Positions 41,517 to 52,867 of a stretch of DNA of 64,000 bases are shown piece after piece. Position 1 is the stretch's first letter. Every line of letters begins with the position of its first letter. The notes under the pieces were generated by a model. The model was not told the DNA's origin, did no database searches, and saw only the letters and a list, made by a program, of their open reading frames with translations. The position numbers were made by a program, and so were the translations under genes. This DNA is from an uncultured delta proteobacterium. GTDB lineage: Bacteria > Desulfobacterota > Binatia > DP-6. The stretch covers positions 896,001 through 960,000 of the forward strand of contig CAWFFN010000005.1 of NCBI GenBank assembly GCA_963815115.1. The letters run 5' to 3'.

Positions 41517-42587
41517 ATGGCTCGCTTCGGCTGGGCCTGCTCGATCGTCCTGATCGCCTTCGCCGTTGTTCGCTCCGCAGACGCCCCGACCGTCCGTGTC
41601 CGGTATCACGTCGATGCGAGGCACTACTTCGAGACCAGTCCGCGCGCCACGCGTTCCCTGCTCTTCGAGCTGTACTCCACGCGCCCCTGCGTCGGCCCCG
41701 CCCTGAAGCAGGAATTCGTCCAGGTCGAGGCGGTTCCTGCGGCGCCAGCTCGCCTCCGACGGCAGACGAAGAATGCCACGCGGCAGCCTGCGGCGCTGAC
41801 GCTGGAGACGGATGTCGCGTTGGAGACGCCGCCGCCTGCGCTGTACCTGCGCGTCACGGGCCCGGGCGTGAAGCCGATTGGTGACGACTGCCAGCGGCAG
41901 GCGACGGAGGTCGCCGGCCGCGAGGCGCAGCGCCCGCCGCCGTGCCCCCGCGATGCGGTTCCCTTCAACCTGCTCTGCGTGGACCGGTACGAGGCGAGCC
42001 TGTGGGAGATCCCGGATGCGCGCGTCGACCTGATCCGCAAGGTCATCGACGGGACCGCTACACTGACCGATTTCACGGGCCCCGGCGTCCGGCAGGTCGG
42101 GTTCCCGGGACCCCCGTTCGGCCATGCGGCGGTCCCCGGCAGCTTCCTGCCAGGGGGCGCCTACATGCCCCGCGTTTACGCGGTCTCGATTCCCGGCGTC
42201 CTGCCCTCGACCCTCGTCTCCGCCTACCAGGCCTGGGCCGCGTGCGGATACTCCGGGAAGCGCCTGTTGACCAGCGCCGAATGGAGTGCGGCGGCGGCGG
42301 GAACTCCCGCCGCCAACCGCCGGGACGGCGCGAACGACTGCAACACCGGTGCGGGCATCCTCCCCGCGGGTGCACCGGTCAAGACCGGCTCCCGGTCGCG
42401 CTGCGTGTCGAGCGCTGGCGCCTTCGACATGGTGGGCAACGTCTCGGAGTGGACCATGGACGGCTACACCACGACTCGCTATCGCGGCGGCGCGTGGGAT
42501 GCCGGCGACGAAGCCGGCATCTCGTTCACATGGCTGGACGAGCCGGTCACCCAGGACAACGCCGTAGGACTTCGCTGCGTTCGCTAG
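41517..42587 (+). CDS. Secreted FGE-sulfatase/C-type-lectin fold protein
   Basis: Signal peptide; CVDRYEAS, GKRLLTSAEW, FDMVGNVSEW, RGGAW, GLRC. Confidence 0.8.
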   Translation: MARFGWACSIVLIAFAVVRSADAPTVRVRYHVDARHYFETSPRATRSLLFELYSTRPCVGPALKQEFVQVEAVPAAPARLRRQTKNATRQPAALTLETDVALETPPPALYLRVTGPGVKPIGDDCQRQATEVAGREAQRPPPCPRDAVPFNLLCVDRYEASLWEIPDARVDLIRKVIDGTATLTDFTGPGVRQVGFPGPPFGHAAVPGSFLPGGAYMPRVYAVSIPGVLPSTLVSAYQAWAACGYSGKRLLTSAEWSAAAAGTPAANRRDGANDCNTGAGILPAGAPVKTGSRSRCVSSAGAFDMVGNVSEWTMDGYTTTRYRGGAWDAGDEAGISFTWLDEPVTQDNAVGLRCVR

Positions 42588-42765
42588 ATATGGAGCCACA
42601 TCTGGAGGTGGAGCAGCATGCCTCGGCCCTCTTGCATTCGGATGCCATCGGCAGGGCCTCGATCTGCCTTCGGTCGTCCCCGCCCAGCACTCGCCCGATG
42701 CGGCGGGCGACCGCGGTCACCAGCCGTGCGACGTCCGCGTCTGTGAGGTGTGCGTCGCCCGCACG

Positions 42766-44013
42766 CTAGCCGAGCGCGCCCGAGCGGTGCAGCTCCTCGA
42801 TCCGCGCGGCGTCGTAGCCGAGCACCTCCCGCAGCACCGCGTCGGAGTCCCGTCCGGGCTCGCGTGCCGCGATCCCTGGAACGGGCAGCGCCTCGCCGAT
42901 CGGTTTGATCGGCGACGGCATGAGGTCGGTGCCGGCTTCGGGATGCGGGCGCATCGGCATGCGGGCGGCGAACTGCGGGTCGCGCGGCACCGTCTTCACC
43001 GTGTTCACCGGGCAGATCGGCGTGTTCACGCGCTGCCCGAAGGCGATCCACTCGTCGGTGGTGCGGGTGGCGAAGATCGCGGCCAGCTCGCGCCGGAGGA
43101 CGACGTTCCCGCGCGCGTGGTCGGCGTAGCGCGCGCCGGGGTTCGCGGCGAAGAGATCCGAGCGGCCGATGCCGTCGCAGAAGTTCTTCCAGAACTCGCG
43201 CTCGGACGCCATGAAGAGGATCAGGCCGTCCTGCGAGCGGTAGTACTGGTAGCGGACCGCTTCCTTCATGCTGTCGTCGCCGACCGGGCGGCGCGGTCCC
43301 TTGCCGTCGCCGTCGTTGCCCGTCACCTGGTCTTCGGGGCGTTCGTAGGCCTTGTTGCCCTCGATGCCGTTCCAGTTGAACGCCGCCGCGGCGTCGCTCT
43401 GCGCCACCTCGAAGCGGCACCCGGCGCCCGTGGCGCGCGCGCGGACGATGGCCGCGCAGATGCCGAGCGCGGCATACAGGGGACCTGCGTTGATGCCGAC
43501 CGGGGTATAGGAGGGGATGGTCGGGAAGCCCTCGGCGTCGTACGCCGGGCGCGCGACGCCTGCCCAGGCGTCGTACGCGATCCCGTGGCTCGGCATGTCC
43601 TTGTAGGGGCCGGTCATGCCGTAGCCCGAGTGGGTGCAGAAGACGATCCTCGGGTTCGCCTCGCGCAGCCGGTCGTAGCCGAGGCCGCGGCGCTCCAGCG
43701 CGCCGGGCCGCATGCCCTCGATCACCGCGTCGGCGCGGCGCACGAGGTCGAGATACGTCGCCACGCCTCCGGGGGTCTTCAGGTCGAGGACGATGCTTCG
43801 CTTGCCGCGGTTCAGATGCCAGTGGAGGAGCGAGATGCCGTCGATGATGGGGAACGCCATGCGGCGCACGTAGTCGCCGCCCGGGTTCTCCACCTTGACG
43901 ACCTCGGCGCCCAGGTCGGCGAGATGCATGCCGACGGCACCCGGGCCGAGAAGCGAGCTCTCGATGATGCGAACGCCGGCGAGGAACCCGCCGGTCGCGG
44001 GATCGGTAGCCAT
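42766..44013 (-). CDS. Class III CoA transferase (CaiB/BaiF family)
   Basis: LADLGAEVVKVENPGGD, NRGKRSIVLDLK, GMRPGALERRGLGY, SGYGMTGP. Confidence 0.9.
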   Translation of the reverse strand: MATDPATGGFLAGVRIIESSLLGPGAVGMHLADLGAEVVKVENPGGDYVRRMAFPIIDGISLLHWHLNRGKRSIVLDLKTPGGVATYLDLVRRADAVIEGMRPGALERRGLGYDRLREANPRIVFCTHSGYGMTGPYKDMPSHGIAYDAWAGVARPAYDAEGFPTIPSYTPVGINAGPLYAALGICAAIVRARATGAGCRFEVAQSDAAAAFNWNGIEGNKAYERPEDQVTGNDGDGKGPRRPVGDDSMKEAVRYQYYRSQDGLILFMASEREFWKNFCDGIGRSDLFAANPGARYADHARGNVVLRRELAAIFATRTTDEWIAFGQRVNTPICPVNTVKTVPRDPQFAARMPMRPHPEAGTDLMPSPIKPIGEALPVPGIAAREPGRDSDAVLREVLGYDAARIEELHRSGALG

Positions 44014-44054
44014 CGGGGGCCCGGTGTAGCACGCGGCCCCCGGCCGCCGACACC

Positions 44055-44819
44055 TCAGCCCAGCACGCGCCCGCGCGCGACCGTGCCGCCGCCGTCGACC
44101 GGGAGGAGCGCGCCGGTGACGAACTCGCTCTCCCGGCTCGCGAGGTACACCACCGCCCAGGCGACGTCGTCGGGCTGCCCGAGGCGCGTCAGGTGCATCG
44201 CTTCCAGCTCCGCGCGCCGCTCGGCCGACATGCCCGCGTCGCGCCGCTCGTTCACCACGTAGCCGACGGAGAGGGCGTTGCACCGGATGCCCTGGCGGCC
44301 GTAGTCGACCGCGATCGAGCGCGTCAGCGCGTTCAGGCCGCCCTTGCTGGCGACGTACGGGGCGAAGCCGGCGCTGGCGCGCTCCGCCTGGCGCGACGAC
44401 ACGTTGACGATCGAGCCGTGACCCGCCCGCAGCATGTGCGGGATCGCGGCGCGGCAGAGCCACGCCACGCTCGTCAGGTTGACCCGCAGCACGCGCTCCC
44501 ACGATGCGGTGTCGAGCTCGCCGACCGGGCTGCGACCGATGGCCACGGCGGCGTTGTTGACCAGCACGGTGAGGCCGCCCAGACGCGCGGCCGCCGTCTC
44601 GACGAGGCCGGTGCACGCGGACTCGCCAGCGAGGTCCGCCGGGAGGAAGACCGCCTCGCCCCCCGCCGCGGTGATCGTCTCGACGACCGCGGCTCCGCGC
44701 GCGCCGTCGCGTCCGTGCACCGCCACGCGCGCCCCCTCGCGGGCACACAGGATCGCCGTGTGCTTGCCGATGCCCGAGGTCGATCCGGTGACCAGCAGGC
44801 GTTCGCCAGCGAGCCGCAT
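44055..44819 (-). CDS. Short-chain dehydrogenase/reductase
   Basis: TGSTSGIG, LVNNAA, YVASK, VDGG. Confidence 0.9.
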   Translation of the reverse strand: MRLAGERLLVTGSTSGIGKHTAILCAREGARVAVHGRDGARGAAVVETITAAGGEAVFLPADLAGESACTGLVETAAARLGGLTVLVNNAAVAIGRSPVGELDTASWERVLRVNLTSVAWLCRAAIPHMLRAGHGSIVNVSSRQAERASAGFAPYVASKGGLNALTRSIAVDYGRQGIRCNALSVGYVVNERRDAGMSAERRAELEAMHLTRLGQPDDVAWAVVYLASRESEFVTGALLPVDGGGTVARGRVLG

Positions 44820-44830
44820 CGGTGCGGCGC

Positions 44831-45880
44831 TCAGAAGCCGTACGCCGCCTTGAGCTCCGGGTCCTTGGCGGCCAGCATCTGGGCCAGGTTGACCATCACC
44901 TTGCACTGCTTCCAGGTGGCGTCGTCCTGCATCTTGCCGTCGATCATGTGGACGCCGCGACCGTCGGGGATCGCCTCGAGCACCTTCTTCGCGAAGCGCA
45001 CCTCGTCGGCGGGCGGGCTGAAGACCTTCCGCGCGATCGCGATCTGGCTGGGATGCAGCGACCAGGCGCCGACGCAGCCGAGCAGGAAGGCGGCCCGGAA
45101 CTGATCCTCGCAGCCGAGCGCGTCGCCGATGTCGCCGAACGGACCGTAGAAGGGCAGGGCGCCCATCGCGGCGCACGCGTCCACCATGCGCGCGATCGAG
45201 TAGTGCCACGGATCCTGCTGCGCGGTCGGCCGCGGAGCGTCCGGATGCGCGGGGTCGGGATCGCTGCGCACCAGATAGGCCGGATGGCCTCCGCCCACGC
45301 GCGTGGTCTTCATCCGACGCGAAGCCGCCAGGTCGGCGGGCCCGAAGCTGATCCCCTGCAGGCGCGGGCTGGCCGCGCAGATCTCCTCGACGTTGGTCAC
45401 GCCCTGGGCGGTCTCGAGGATCGCGTGCACGAGAATGGGGCGATCCACGCGATGCTTGGCCTCGAGCTGCGCCAGGAGGCGGTCGACGTAGTGGATGTCC
45501 CAGGGTCCCTCGACCTTCGGGATCATCATGACCTCGAGGCGGTTGCCGATCGCGCCCACCAGGCTGCCGATGTCGTCCAGGCACCACGGGCTGTCGAGGC
45601 TGTTGACGCGCGTCCAGAGCGGGGTGCCGCCGAGGTCGATCTCGCGCCCGATCCGCATCAGCCCCTCGCGCGCCGCCAGCTTCTTGTCGGCGGGGATGGC
45701 GTCCTCGAGGTTGCCGAGGAGGATGTCGGCCTGCTTCGCCATGTCGGGAAGCTTCGCCGCCATCTTCTCGTTGGACGGATCGAAGAAGTGGATGCAGCGC
45801 GAGGGCTTGATCGGAATCTCGCGCACCGGGTCGGGGGCCCCGATGGCGAGCGGCTTCAGAAAATCCCGGGGGCTTCGCAT
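44831..45880 (-). CDS. mcl: Malyl-CoA/beta-methylmalyl-CoA lyase (CitE-like)
   Basis: [56 protein letters not shown], resembling Chloroflexus-type Mcl. Confidence 0.85.
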   Translation of the reverse strand: MRSPRDFLKPLAIGAPDPVREIPIKPSRCIHFFDPSNEKMAAKLPDMAKQADILLGNLEDAIPADKKLAAREGLMRIGREIDLGGTPLWTRVNSLDSPWCLDDIGSLVGAIGNRLEVMMIPKVEGPWDIHYVDRLLAQLEAKHRVDRPILVHAILETAQGVTNVEEICAASPRLQGISFGPADLAASRRMKTTRVGGGHPAYLVRSDPDPAHPDAPRPTAQQDPWHYSIARMVDACAAMGALPFYGPFGDIGDALGCEDQFRAAFLLGCVGAWSLHPSQIAIARKVFSPPADEVRFAKKVLEAIPDGRGVHMIDGKMQDDATWKQCKVMVNLAQMLAAKDPELKAAYGF

Positions 45881-45946
45881 GGCCCCCTCATGTAGACGGC
45901 GCCGCCGGGCCGGTGCAACCCGCGCGGGGCGCGGGCCGGGGATGCC

Positions 45947-46612
45947 TCAGCGCCGCCCGTAGTCCAGGGGAGCCCCCTTGCGCTGCGCGTAGATGTAGGC
46001 CTCGAGGGCTCGCATCTTGGGATCGTCGGGCGCCAGCGGCGTGCCGCGCACGGGATGCTCGATGCACCAGTTGATCATGTCCCGCAGCAGGGCCACGCGC
46101 CCGAGCTGGACCTGGAACTTGGGGTAGGTCTCGGGGTGCGTGTTGGCGGCGTGGGGATGGCACATGTCGCACGACACGGCGATGGTGCTGCCCAGCTCGC
46201 TGGCGTCGTGGAACACGCGCGAGCCGCTGGCCGCCATGACCATCGACTCCCGTGACCACGTCTCGACGTCGCGCTTGCTGATCTGCCCGTAGGTCTGCCC
46301 CTGCCCCCGTCCGATCAGGCGGCTGTTGTCCGCCGGCTGTACCAGCTCGTGCTTCTCGAGCTCGTCCTTGACCCAGTCGCGCTCGGGGTTCTTCTGGCGC
46401 CACTGCGACATGAGCGCGTCGGCGATCTCCTGGCCCTGCTCGCGGGTCTTCGGCCCCGACGGGACGGACGTGGTCGTGTGGTTGTCGCAGAGCGTGACGA
46501 CCGTCGTCCCCGGCTGCGCATTCGCGCGCCCGAGCCACCGCGTGCCGAGCAGGCCGCCACCGAGCGCCACCGCGGCGACGCCGACCAGCAGCATTCCTCG
46601 CCTGGTTCTCAT
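45947..46612 (-). CDS. Exported monoheme cytochrome c with SoxA/TsdA-like domain
   Basis: Signal peptide; CDMCH; YPKF...LRDMINWCI. Confidence 0.75.
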   Translation of the reverse strand: MRTRRGMLLVGVAAVALGGGLLGTRWLGRANAQPGTTVVTLCDNHTTTSVPSGPKTREQGQEIADALMSQWRQKNPERDWVKDELEKHELVQPADNSRLIGRGQGQTYGQISKRDVETWSRESMVMAASGSRVFHDASELGSTIAVSCDMCHPHAANTHPETYPKFQVQLGRVALLRDMINWCIEHPVRGTPLAPDDPKMRALEAYIYAQRKGAPLDYGRR

Positions 46613-46623
46613 CGTCGCCCCCC

Positions 46624-47739
<1,116 letters not shown>

Positions 47740-47741
47740 CG

Positions 47742-49076
47742 CTATCGCCCTCCGCTTCCCGGGCCGCCCGCCGCGCGCTCCTCGAATGGCAGCACGCGGC
47801 GCATGGCGAGCTCCTCGTCCCGGAACGGCCGCTGGGTGCGCGAGCGCTCCTGCTGAGCGGCGTGCTGCCGGGCGTTCTCGTCCTTCAGCCGGTCGTCCGT
47901 CATGGAGAAGAGCAGGGCGACGACGGCGTCGATCTCGTCTTCGCTGAGCGCCAGGGGCTCGATGCCCCCGTCGAGGTACGGGTTCGCCTCGCCGCCCTTG
48001 TTGTAGTGATCCATGACGTCCCACAGGGTCTGGAGCGAGCCGTCGTGCATGTAGGGCGGCGTGACGCCCACGTTGCGGAGCTGGAGCGTCTTGAAGCCGC
48101 CGATGTCGGAGCGGTCCTTCGTGACCATGAAGCGGCCGAGCTCGGACATGTCGGTCTCGAGCGCCAGGTGATCGATCGCCTCGAGACCGGCCTTCCCCTT
48201 CGTCTCCGCCAGCGTCTTCAGCGCCTTCTTGGCGAGCTCGTTGAAGTTCTGGTGCCGCGCCGCGACGCCGATGTTGTGGAAGCGGTTGTCGGTGCCGATC
48301 GGGTTCGACGGGTTGAGCGCGTGGCAGCTCATGCAGCGCGCCTTGCCGTTGAACAGCACCCAGCCCTGGCGGGCCTGATCGGAGATGGCCTGCCCGTCCC
48401 CGGCGAGGAACCGGTCGAACGGCGAGCCCAGGAAGACGAGCGTGCGCTCGAAGGCGGCGATCGCGCGCCCGATGTCGTCGTAGTTGGGTGGCCGGCCGTA
48501 GGCCTTCTGGAAGAGCTCCCGATAGGCGGGATCGCCGGCGATCGCCTGCACCACGGCCTCGCCCGAGGGCTGCCCCATCTCGACCGGGTTCACGATGGGC
48601 AGCTTCGCCTGCTCCTCCAGGCTCGGGGCGCGGCCGTCGAGGAAGAACTCCTGGAAGAAGAGCGCGTTCAGGGTGGTGGGCGCGTTGCGCCGGCCGAGCT
48701 GGTCGCCGATGCCCTCGGAGACCGGCCGCTGGTCGGTGAAGCCCTTGGCGACGTCGTGGCAGGTGGCGCACGCGACCGTGCCGTCCTTGGAGAGATGCAG
48801 GTCGAAGTAGAGCTTGCGCCCGAGCTCGATGCGTTCGGGCGTGGTCGCGTTGTCGGCGGGAATGAGCTCGCTCCAGGTCGCGATATCGACGCCTCCCGGC
48901 TGCCTGGGCACGGTGGGGGCGACGCCGAGCTTCTCGAGCAGCTCGAGCTGCGCCTGCGGCGCGAGGGCGCCGTGCAGGCCCTCGTCGGCCGCGTGGCCCG
49001 CCTCGGTTGCGCACGGCAGGCCGGCGCCGACGAGCAGCAGGAGGGTGGTCATGCCGAACGTTCCTCGCCTCATCAT
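47742..49076 (-). CDS. Diheme cytochrome c peroxidase (bCcP/MauG superfamily)
   Basis: LGRKLYFD, CATCH, RNAPT, NPVEMG, CMSCH, LRNV..PYMHDGS. Confidence 0.9.
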   Translation of the reverse strand: MMRRGTFGMTTLLLLVGAGLPCATEAGHAADEGLHGALAPQAQLELLEKLGVAPTVPRQPGGVDIATWSELIPADNATTPERIELGRKLYFDLHLSKDGTVACATCHDVAKGFTDQRPVSEGIGDQLGRRNAPTTLNALFFQEFFLDGRAPSLEEQAKLPIVNPVEMGQPSGEAVVQAIAGDPAYRELFQKAYGRPPNYDDIGRAIAAFERTLVFLGSPFDRFLAGDGQAISDQARQGWVLFNGKARCMSCHALNPSNPIGTDNRFHNIGVAARHQNFNELAKKALKTLAETKGKAGLEAIDHLALETDMSELGRFMVTKDRSDIGGFKTLQLRNVGVTPPYMHDGSLQTLWDVMDHYNKGGEANPYLDGGIEPLALSEDEIDAVVALLFSMTDDRLKDENARQHAAQQERSRTQRPFRDEELAMRRVLPFEERAAGGPGSGGR

Positions 49077-49879
49077 GAGTTCTCCCCTGTGAGCTCGGTC
49101 GTTCGCAGGTCTCCGATGCTGCCCGGGCCCGTGCTCGCATGGCACAGCGCGCAGGTCTCCGATGGTGTTCGCGCCGCATCCGACACCAGCAGATAGGAGA
49201 CCGGATCGTGGGTCCACGCCAGGATCCGCTCGCCACCCGCCTCGATCCAGCGGAACTCGACGTTCCCCGATCGGAGCGCGCGACCCACCGGCGGCCAGGC
49301 TCGCCGCGGCAGCACGAACAGCGAGACCGGCCGCGCCCCGCCGTCGTAGAGCACGTAGCCGGCCGGCGTGCCCGCGAGCTCGACCGCCGCGGCGCCGCGC
49401 AGCGCGAAGCCGCGGGTCTCGGCCTCCGGCACGTCCGTGAAGAATGGGACCTGCCGTTGCAGCCAGCGGCTGACCTCGACCGCGTCGCGCGACGCGAGCC
49501 CGATGGGCGCCCGGCCTCGGGTCGTGGTCCGGTGCACGTCGAGCGCGGCCCGCACCTCGGGCGGCAGCGCGCGCTCGCCACGCCGCGCGAGCGTCCCGGC
49601 CAGCACGACCCCCAGGATGGCCACCGCGACGCCGGCCGCGCGCAGCGGCCATGGCCGGGACCGCGGGCGCAGGCTCGCCGCCACCCGGGTCCCGAGATCG
49701 TCCGGCACCTGCCGCGGATAGAGGACGCCGACCATGCCGCGGAAGGCTCGCTGACGCTCGAAGGCGTCGCGACAGGCGGCGCAGCGCCCGAGATGCGCTT
49801 CCACCTCGATGGCGCCCTCGACGTCGAGCTCGTCGTCGGCGTAGGCCTGCACCCGGTCGCGCATCATCCCGCAGCTCAT
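49073..49879 (-). CDS. Zinc-finger anti-sigma factor with C-terminal CxxCH
   Basis: AYADDELD..EAHLGRCAAC, single TM, extracytoplasmic domain ending CALCH. Confidence 0.82.
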   Translation of the reverse strand: MSCGMMRDRVQAYADDELDVEGAIEVEAHLGRCAACRDAFERQRAFRGMVGVLYPRQVPDDLGTRVAASLRPRSRPWPLRAAGVAVAILGVVLAGTLARRGERALPPEVRAALDVHRTTTRGRAPIGLASRDAVEVSRWLQRQVPFFTDVPEAETRGFALRGAAAVELAGTPAGYVLYDGGARPVSLFVLPRRAWPPVGRALRSGNVEFRWIEAGGERILAWTHDPVSYLLVSDAARTPSETCALCHASTGPGSIGDLRTTELTGENS

Positions 49880-50470
49880 CGGACGGCTCGCTCTGCGGGG
49901 CGGCTTCCGACGATGCCGCGCTCTCGAGCCTGGCGCAGCAGGGTCGCGCGCAGGAGCGCCCGTCCGCGTGCGAGCCGCGACATCACGGTGCCGAGAGGAC
50001 AGCCGGCCACCTCCGCGATCTCGCGATAGGCGAAGCCGGCGACGTCCTTCAGAAAGACCGGCACGCGGTAGGTTTCCGGCAATGCGACGAGCGCCGCGCG
50101 CACCTCCTCCGACCACTGCTGCTCGATCAGGAGCTCCTCGAGATCGGGGCCGCAGTCGTTCGGGAGGAGCGGTGGAACGGGCTCGGCGCGCCCGGCGTCG
50201 GCGTGTCGCCGCTGCCGCCGCCAGCCGGACACGAACTCGTTGCGCAGGATGGTGAAGATCCAGGCCCGGAAGTCGCTGCCGGCACGAAACGCCGCGAAGC
50301 GCTCGAACGCCCGCAGGCACGCGGTCTGAACGAGATCAGGCGCGTCGGAGGCGGCCGCCAGGGCGCACGCGAAGCTCCAGAGCGCAGGCAGGTGCGGGCC
50401 GAGCTCGGCCTCGAACTGCCGTCGTCGCCTGCGCGTCTGGCCCGGTGCGAGCAGCCGTTGCCCCCTTCAC
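49876..50470 (-). CDS. ECF sigma factor (5' end disrupted at a 5-base homopolymer or non-canonical start)
   Basis: Manual translation: QFEAELGPHLPALW..DLVQTACLRAF..FRAWIFTILRN..LPETYR..YREIAEV..GTVMSRLARGR; GTG at 50470 is in frame if the run at 50461-50465 is one base shorter. Confidence 0.8.
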
Positions 50471-50547
50471 TGGCACAACGCCCGAGAACGCCCCTTTATT
50501 CCCTGAGCCAGCCGGGGCGGCGAGGCAAGTCCCGTGTCTCGGAACGG

Positions 50548-51252
50548 CTAGCGCCGCGCCAGCCCCACACCCTCGCAGCGCAGGAAGTGCGAGTAGGTCA
50601 GCCACTGCGTGTCGGGATAGTACGCGAACACCGCGCTCCCGCCCTTGATGTCCTCGATGACGCTGCGCGCGGCCTCGCGCGGCAGCGCCGGGCATCCCCA
50701 GCTCCGACCGAGCCGCCCGTACTGCGCGATCATCTCGGGCTCCACGTAGTCGGCGCCGTGGACGACGATGTTTCGCTCCAGGGCCAGGTCGTTCACCCCC
50801 GGCTCGAGGCCGTTCAGGCGCAACGAGTAGCCCGAGCCGCCGTTGTACGTCCACTCGGTGCGGAAGAGTCCGAGGCTCGACTGCCGCGAACCCGGGACGT
50901 TCGAGAAGGCGACGGCATAGTTGTCGCCGCTGCCCTCGCCGTGGGCCACCAGCTCGTGATGGAGCACGCGATGACGCGGGACGTCGATGACCCAGAGGCG
51001 CTGCTGCGTCGAGGGCATCGAGTAGTCGATCACCGTGAGCAGGGGCGAGGAGAACTCGCCTTCCTGAACCCCGCAGCGCCAGGCCCGCATCGCCAGATCG
51101 AGGACCTCGGGCCTCGGCCAGTCGGTCTGCGCGACCGGCGGGAGATACGCCACCCGGCGTTTGACCCTGGGCGCACAGCCCGCGACGTGCAACGCCAGGA
51201 CCAGCAACACGAACCGACCCACCACCGCCGCCACCACCGCCCGGCTCCGCAT
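50548..51252 (-). CDS. Murein L,D-transpeptidase catalytic-domain protein, probable lipoprotein
   Basis: VAGC lipobox-like; IDYSMPS, VAHGEGSG, SSLGLF, IVVHGADY, GRSWGCPA. Confidence 0.85.
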   Translation of the reverse strand: MRSRAVVAAVVGRFVLLVLALHVAGCAPRVKRRVAYLPPVAQTDWPRPEVLDLAMRAWRCGVQEGEFSSPLLTVIDYSMPSTQQRLWVIDVPRHRVLHHELVAHGEGSGDNYAVAFSNVPGSRQSSLGLFRTEWTYNGGSGYSLRLNGLEPGVNDLALERNIVVHGADYVEPEMIAQYGRLGRSWGCPALPREAARSVIEDIKGGSAVFAYYPDTQWLTYSHFLRCEGVGLARR

Positions 51253-51274
51253 AGGTGGTGGCCTCCTATAACAT

Positions 51275-52867
51275 TTGCCACCCCCCGCGCCAGAGCGCGG
51301 GACCGGGGCGGCCGATCGGAGCCGCTTCGCGGACCGAGCACGTCCCCCGGCCGCGGGCCCGAGAGAAGAATTTCTTGACAGGAGGTTGGCCGCCGGTGCC
51401 AATGCGCTGGTGGCCGCGACGACCGACGTGCGTGGAGGGCGACCGACCCGGTGGCCCTACTTCGCGGTAGCAGTCGCCCTGGTGGCGAGCTGGTTCGAAG
51501 CGCGCGTCGCGGGCGTTCCGTTCGAGGCCGCGGGCCTGAGTGATTTCTGGCAGTTCCTCGATCCGGTCCTCCTGCGCGACGACCTCCTCCGCGCCGCGCT
51601 GAGCCTGCACATGCAACCCCCGCTCTTCAACGTGTTCGTCGGCGTCGCCCTCAAGCTGTTCGGTTCCGCTGCGGGCTTTCCGCTCTCGCTCTCGTATCTC
51701 GCGATGGGAGCGCTGCTCGTCCTGACCATGCTGTGGGTGATGAGACACCTCGGAGCGTCGGACGTCGTGGCGGTGGGCGTGTGCGCGCTGTTCGCCTTGC
51801 ACCCGGCGTTCATCGTCTACCAGCGTTGGCTCTTCTATTCCCTGCCAAACGCCCTGCTGCTTTTGCTCACCACGGCGGCGCTGATTCGCTTCCTCGAGAC
51901 GAGGCGAGATCGCTGGGCGCGCGCGTTCGCGGGCGCGGCGACCGTGCTCATGCTCGCCCGGCAGATATTCCACCTGCTCTGGTTCGTCGGCGCGGTCGCG
52001 GTGATCGGCGCGATGATCCCACGAGCCGAGCGCCGTCGTCTTCTCGTGGCGTCTCTGACGCCGTTGCTGGTCGTGAACCTGCTCTACCTGAAGAACTGGC
52101 TCCTCGTGGACGAGTATGGCGCCAGCACATGGGCCGGCATGGCCCTGCACCTCGGCATGGACATCCCCGAGCAGTTCACGCTCGACGAGGTCCGGCCACT
52201 CGTGGAGGACGGTCGCGTGCCGCCCGTCTGGCTCGCGGGGGCGTTTCCCGCGCCCGAGATCGTCGCGCCCCTGGGCTACTTCCCGCCGAACCCAGGCACC
52301 AATCCCGCGCTCGACGCGCCGTACCGGAGCACCGGCTTTCCGAACTACAACCATCGAGAGTACGCACGCATCTCGCACGACATGCTGCGCGGTGCGCTCG
52401 CCCTGATCCGTGCCTACCCCGACCGGTACCTCGCCCGCATACGCCTCGGGACGTACGAATTCTTCCAGCCCGGTCCGCGGCGCCTCTTCGGCTGGCATCG
52501 GATGAACGAGTCCCGGCTCCGGCCGTGGATCGAGGCGTGGAACCGGTGGCTGTTTCTGGGTGGCCTGCTCGGCGGGACCGGCCTCGACGTGCCGAACCTG
52601 CTGATGCTGATCTACCCGGCGTCCATCCTCTTCGCGCTGGCGCGCGCGAGCTCGCGCTCCCCACAGCGAGCGACGTTCGCCTTCATCGCGATCTCGCTGC
52701 TCTGGGTCTTCGTGCTCACCAACCTGCTCGTCCTCGATGAGAACGACCGCGTCCGATTCGAGACCGACCCCCTGCTCGCGGTGCTGGTCGCGACGGGCCT
52801 CAGCGCGGCGCTGGGGCGGTACGCCCGGACGCGAAGCCCACCGGACGCTACGACTGGTACAGCTTGA
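51275..52867 (+). CDS. Polytopic membrane protein, GT-C-like glycosyltransferase (true start probably near 51390-51430)
   Basis: Many TM segments; WQFLD..HMQPPLFN; ENDRVRF. Confidence 0.6.
   Translation: MPPPAPERGTGAADRSRFADRARPPAAGPREEFLDRRLAAGANALVAATTDVRGGRPTRWPYFAVAVALVASWFEARVAGVPFEAAGLSDFWQFLDPVLLRDDLLRAALSLHMQPPLFNVFVGVALKLFGSAAGFPLSLSYLAMGALLVLTMLWVMRHLGASDVVAVGVCALFALHPAFIVYQRWLFYSLPNALLLLLTTAALIRFLETRRDRWARAFAGAATVLMLARQIFHLLWFVGAVAVIGAMIPRAERRRLLVASLTPLLVVNLLYLKNWLLVDEYGASTWAGMALHLGMDIPEQFTLDEVRPLVEDGRVPPVWLAGAFPAPEIVAPLGYFPPNPGTNPALDAPYRSTGFPNYNHREYARISHDMLRGALALIRAYPDRYLARIRLGTYEFFQPGPRRLFGWHRMNESRLRPWIEAWNRWLFLGGLLGGTGLDVPNLLMLIYPASILFALARASSRSPQRATFAFIAISLLWVFVLTNLLVLDENDRVRFETDPLLAVLVATGLSAALGRYARTRSPPDATTGTA

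Noticed and set aside
41517-42765. FGE/C-type-lectin protein as a diversity-generating retroelement target
   Set aside because: No template repeat of its 3' end and no reverse transcriptase found in the window
50471-50486. sigma54 promoter at TGGCACAACGCCCGA
   Set aside because: No GC at -12 and it points away from the ECF sigma gene
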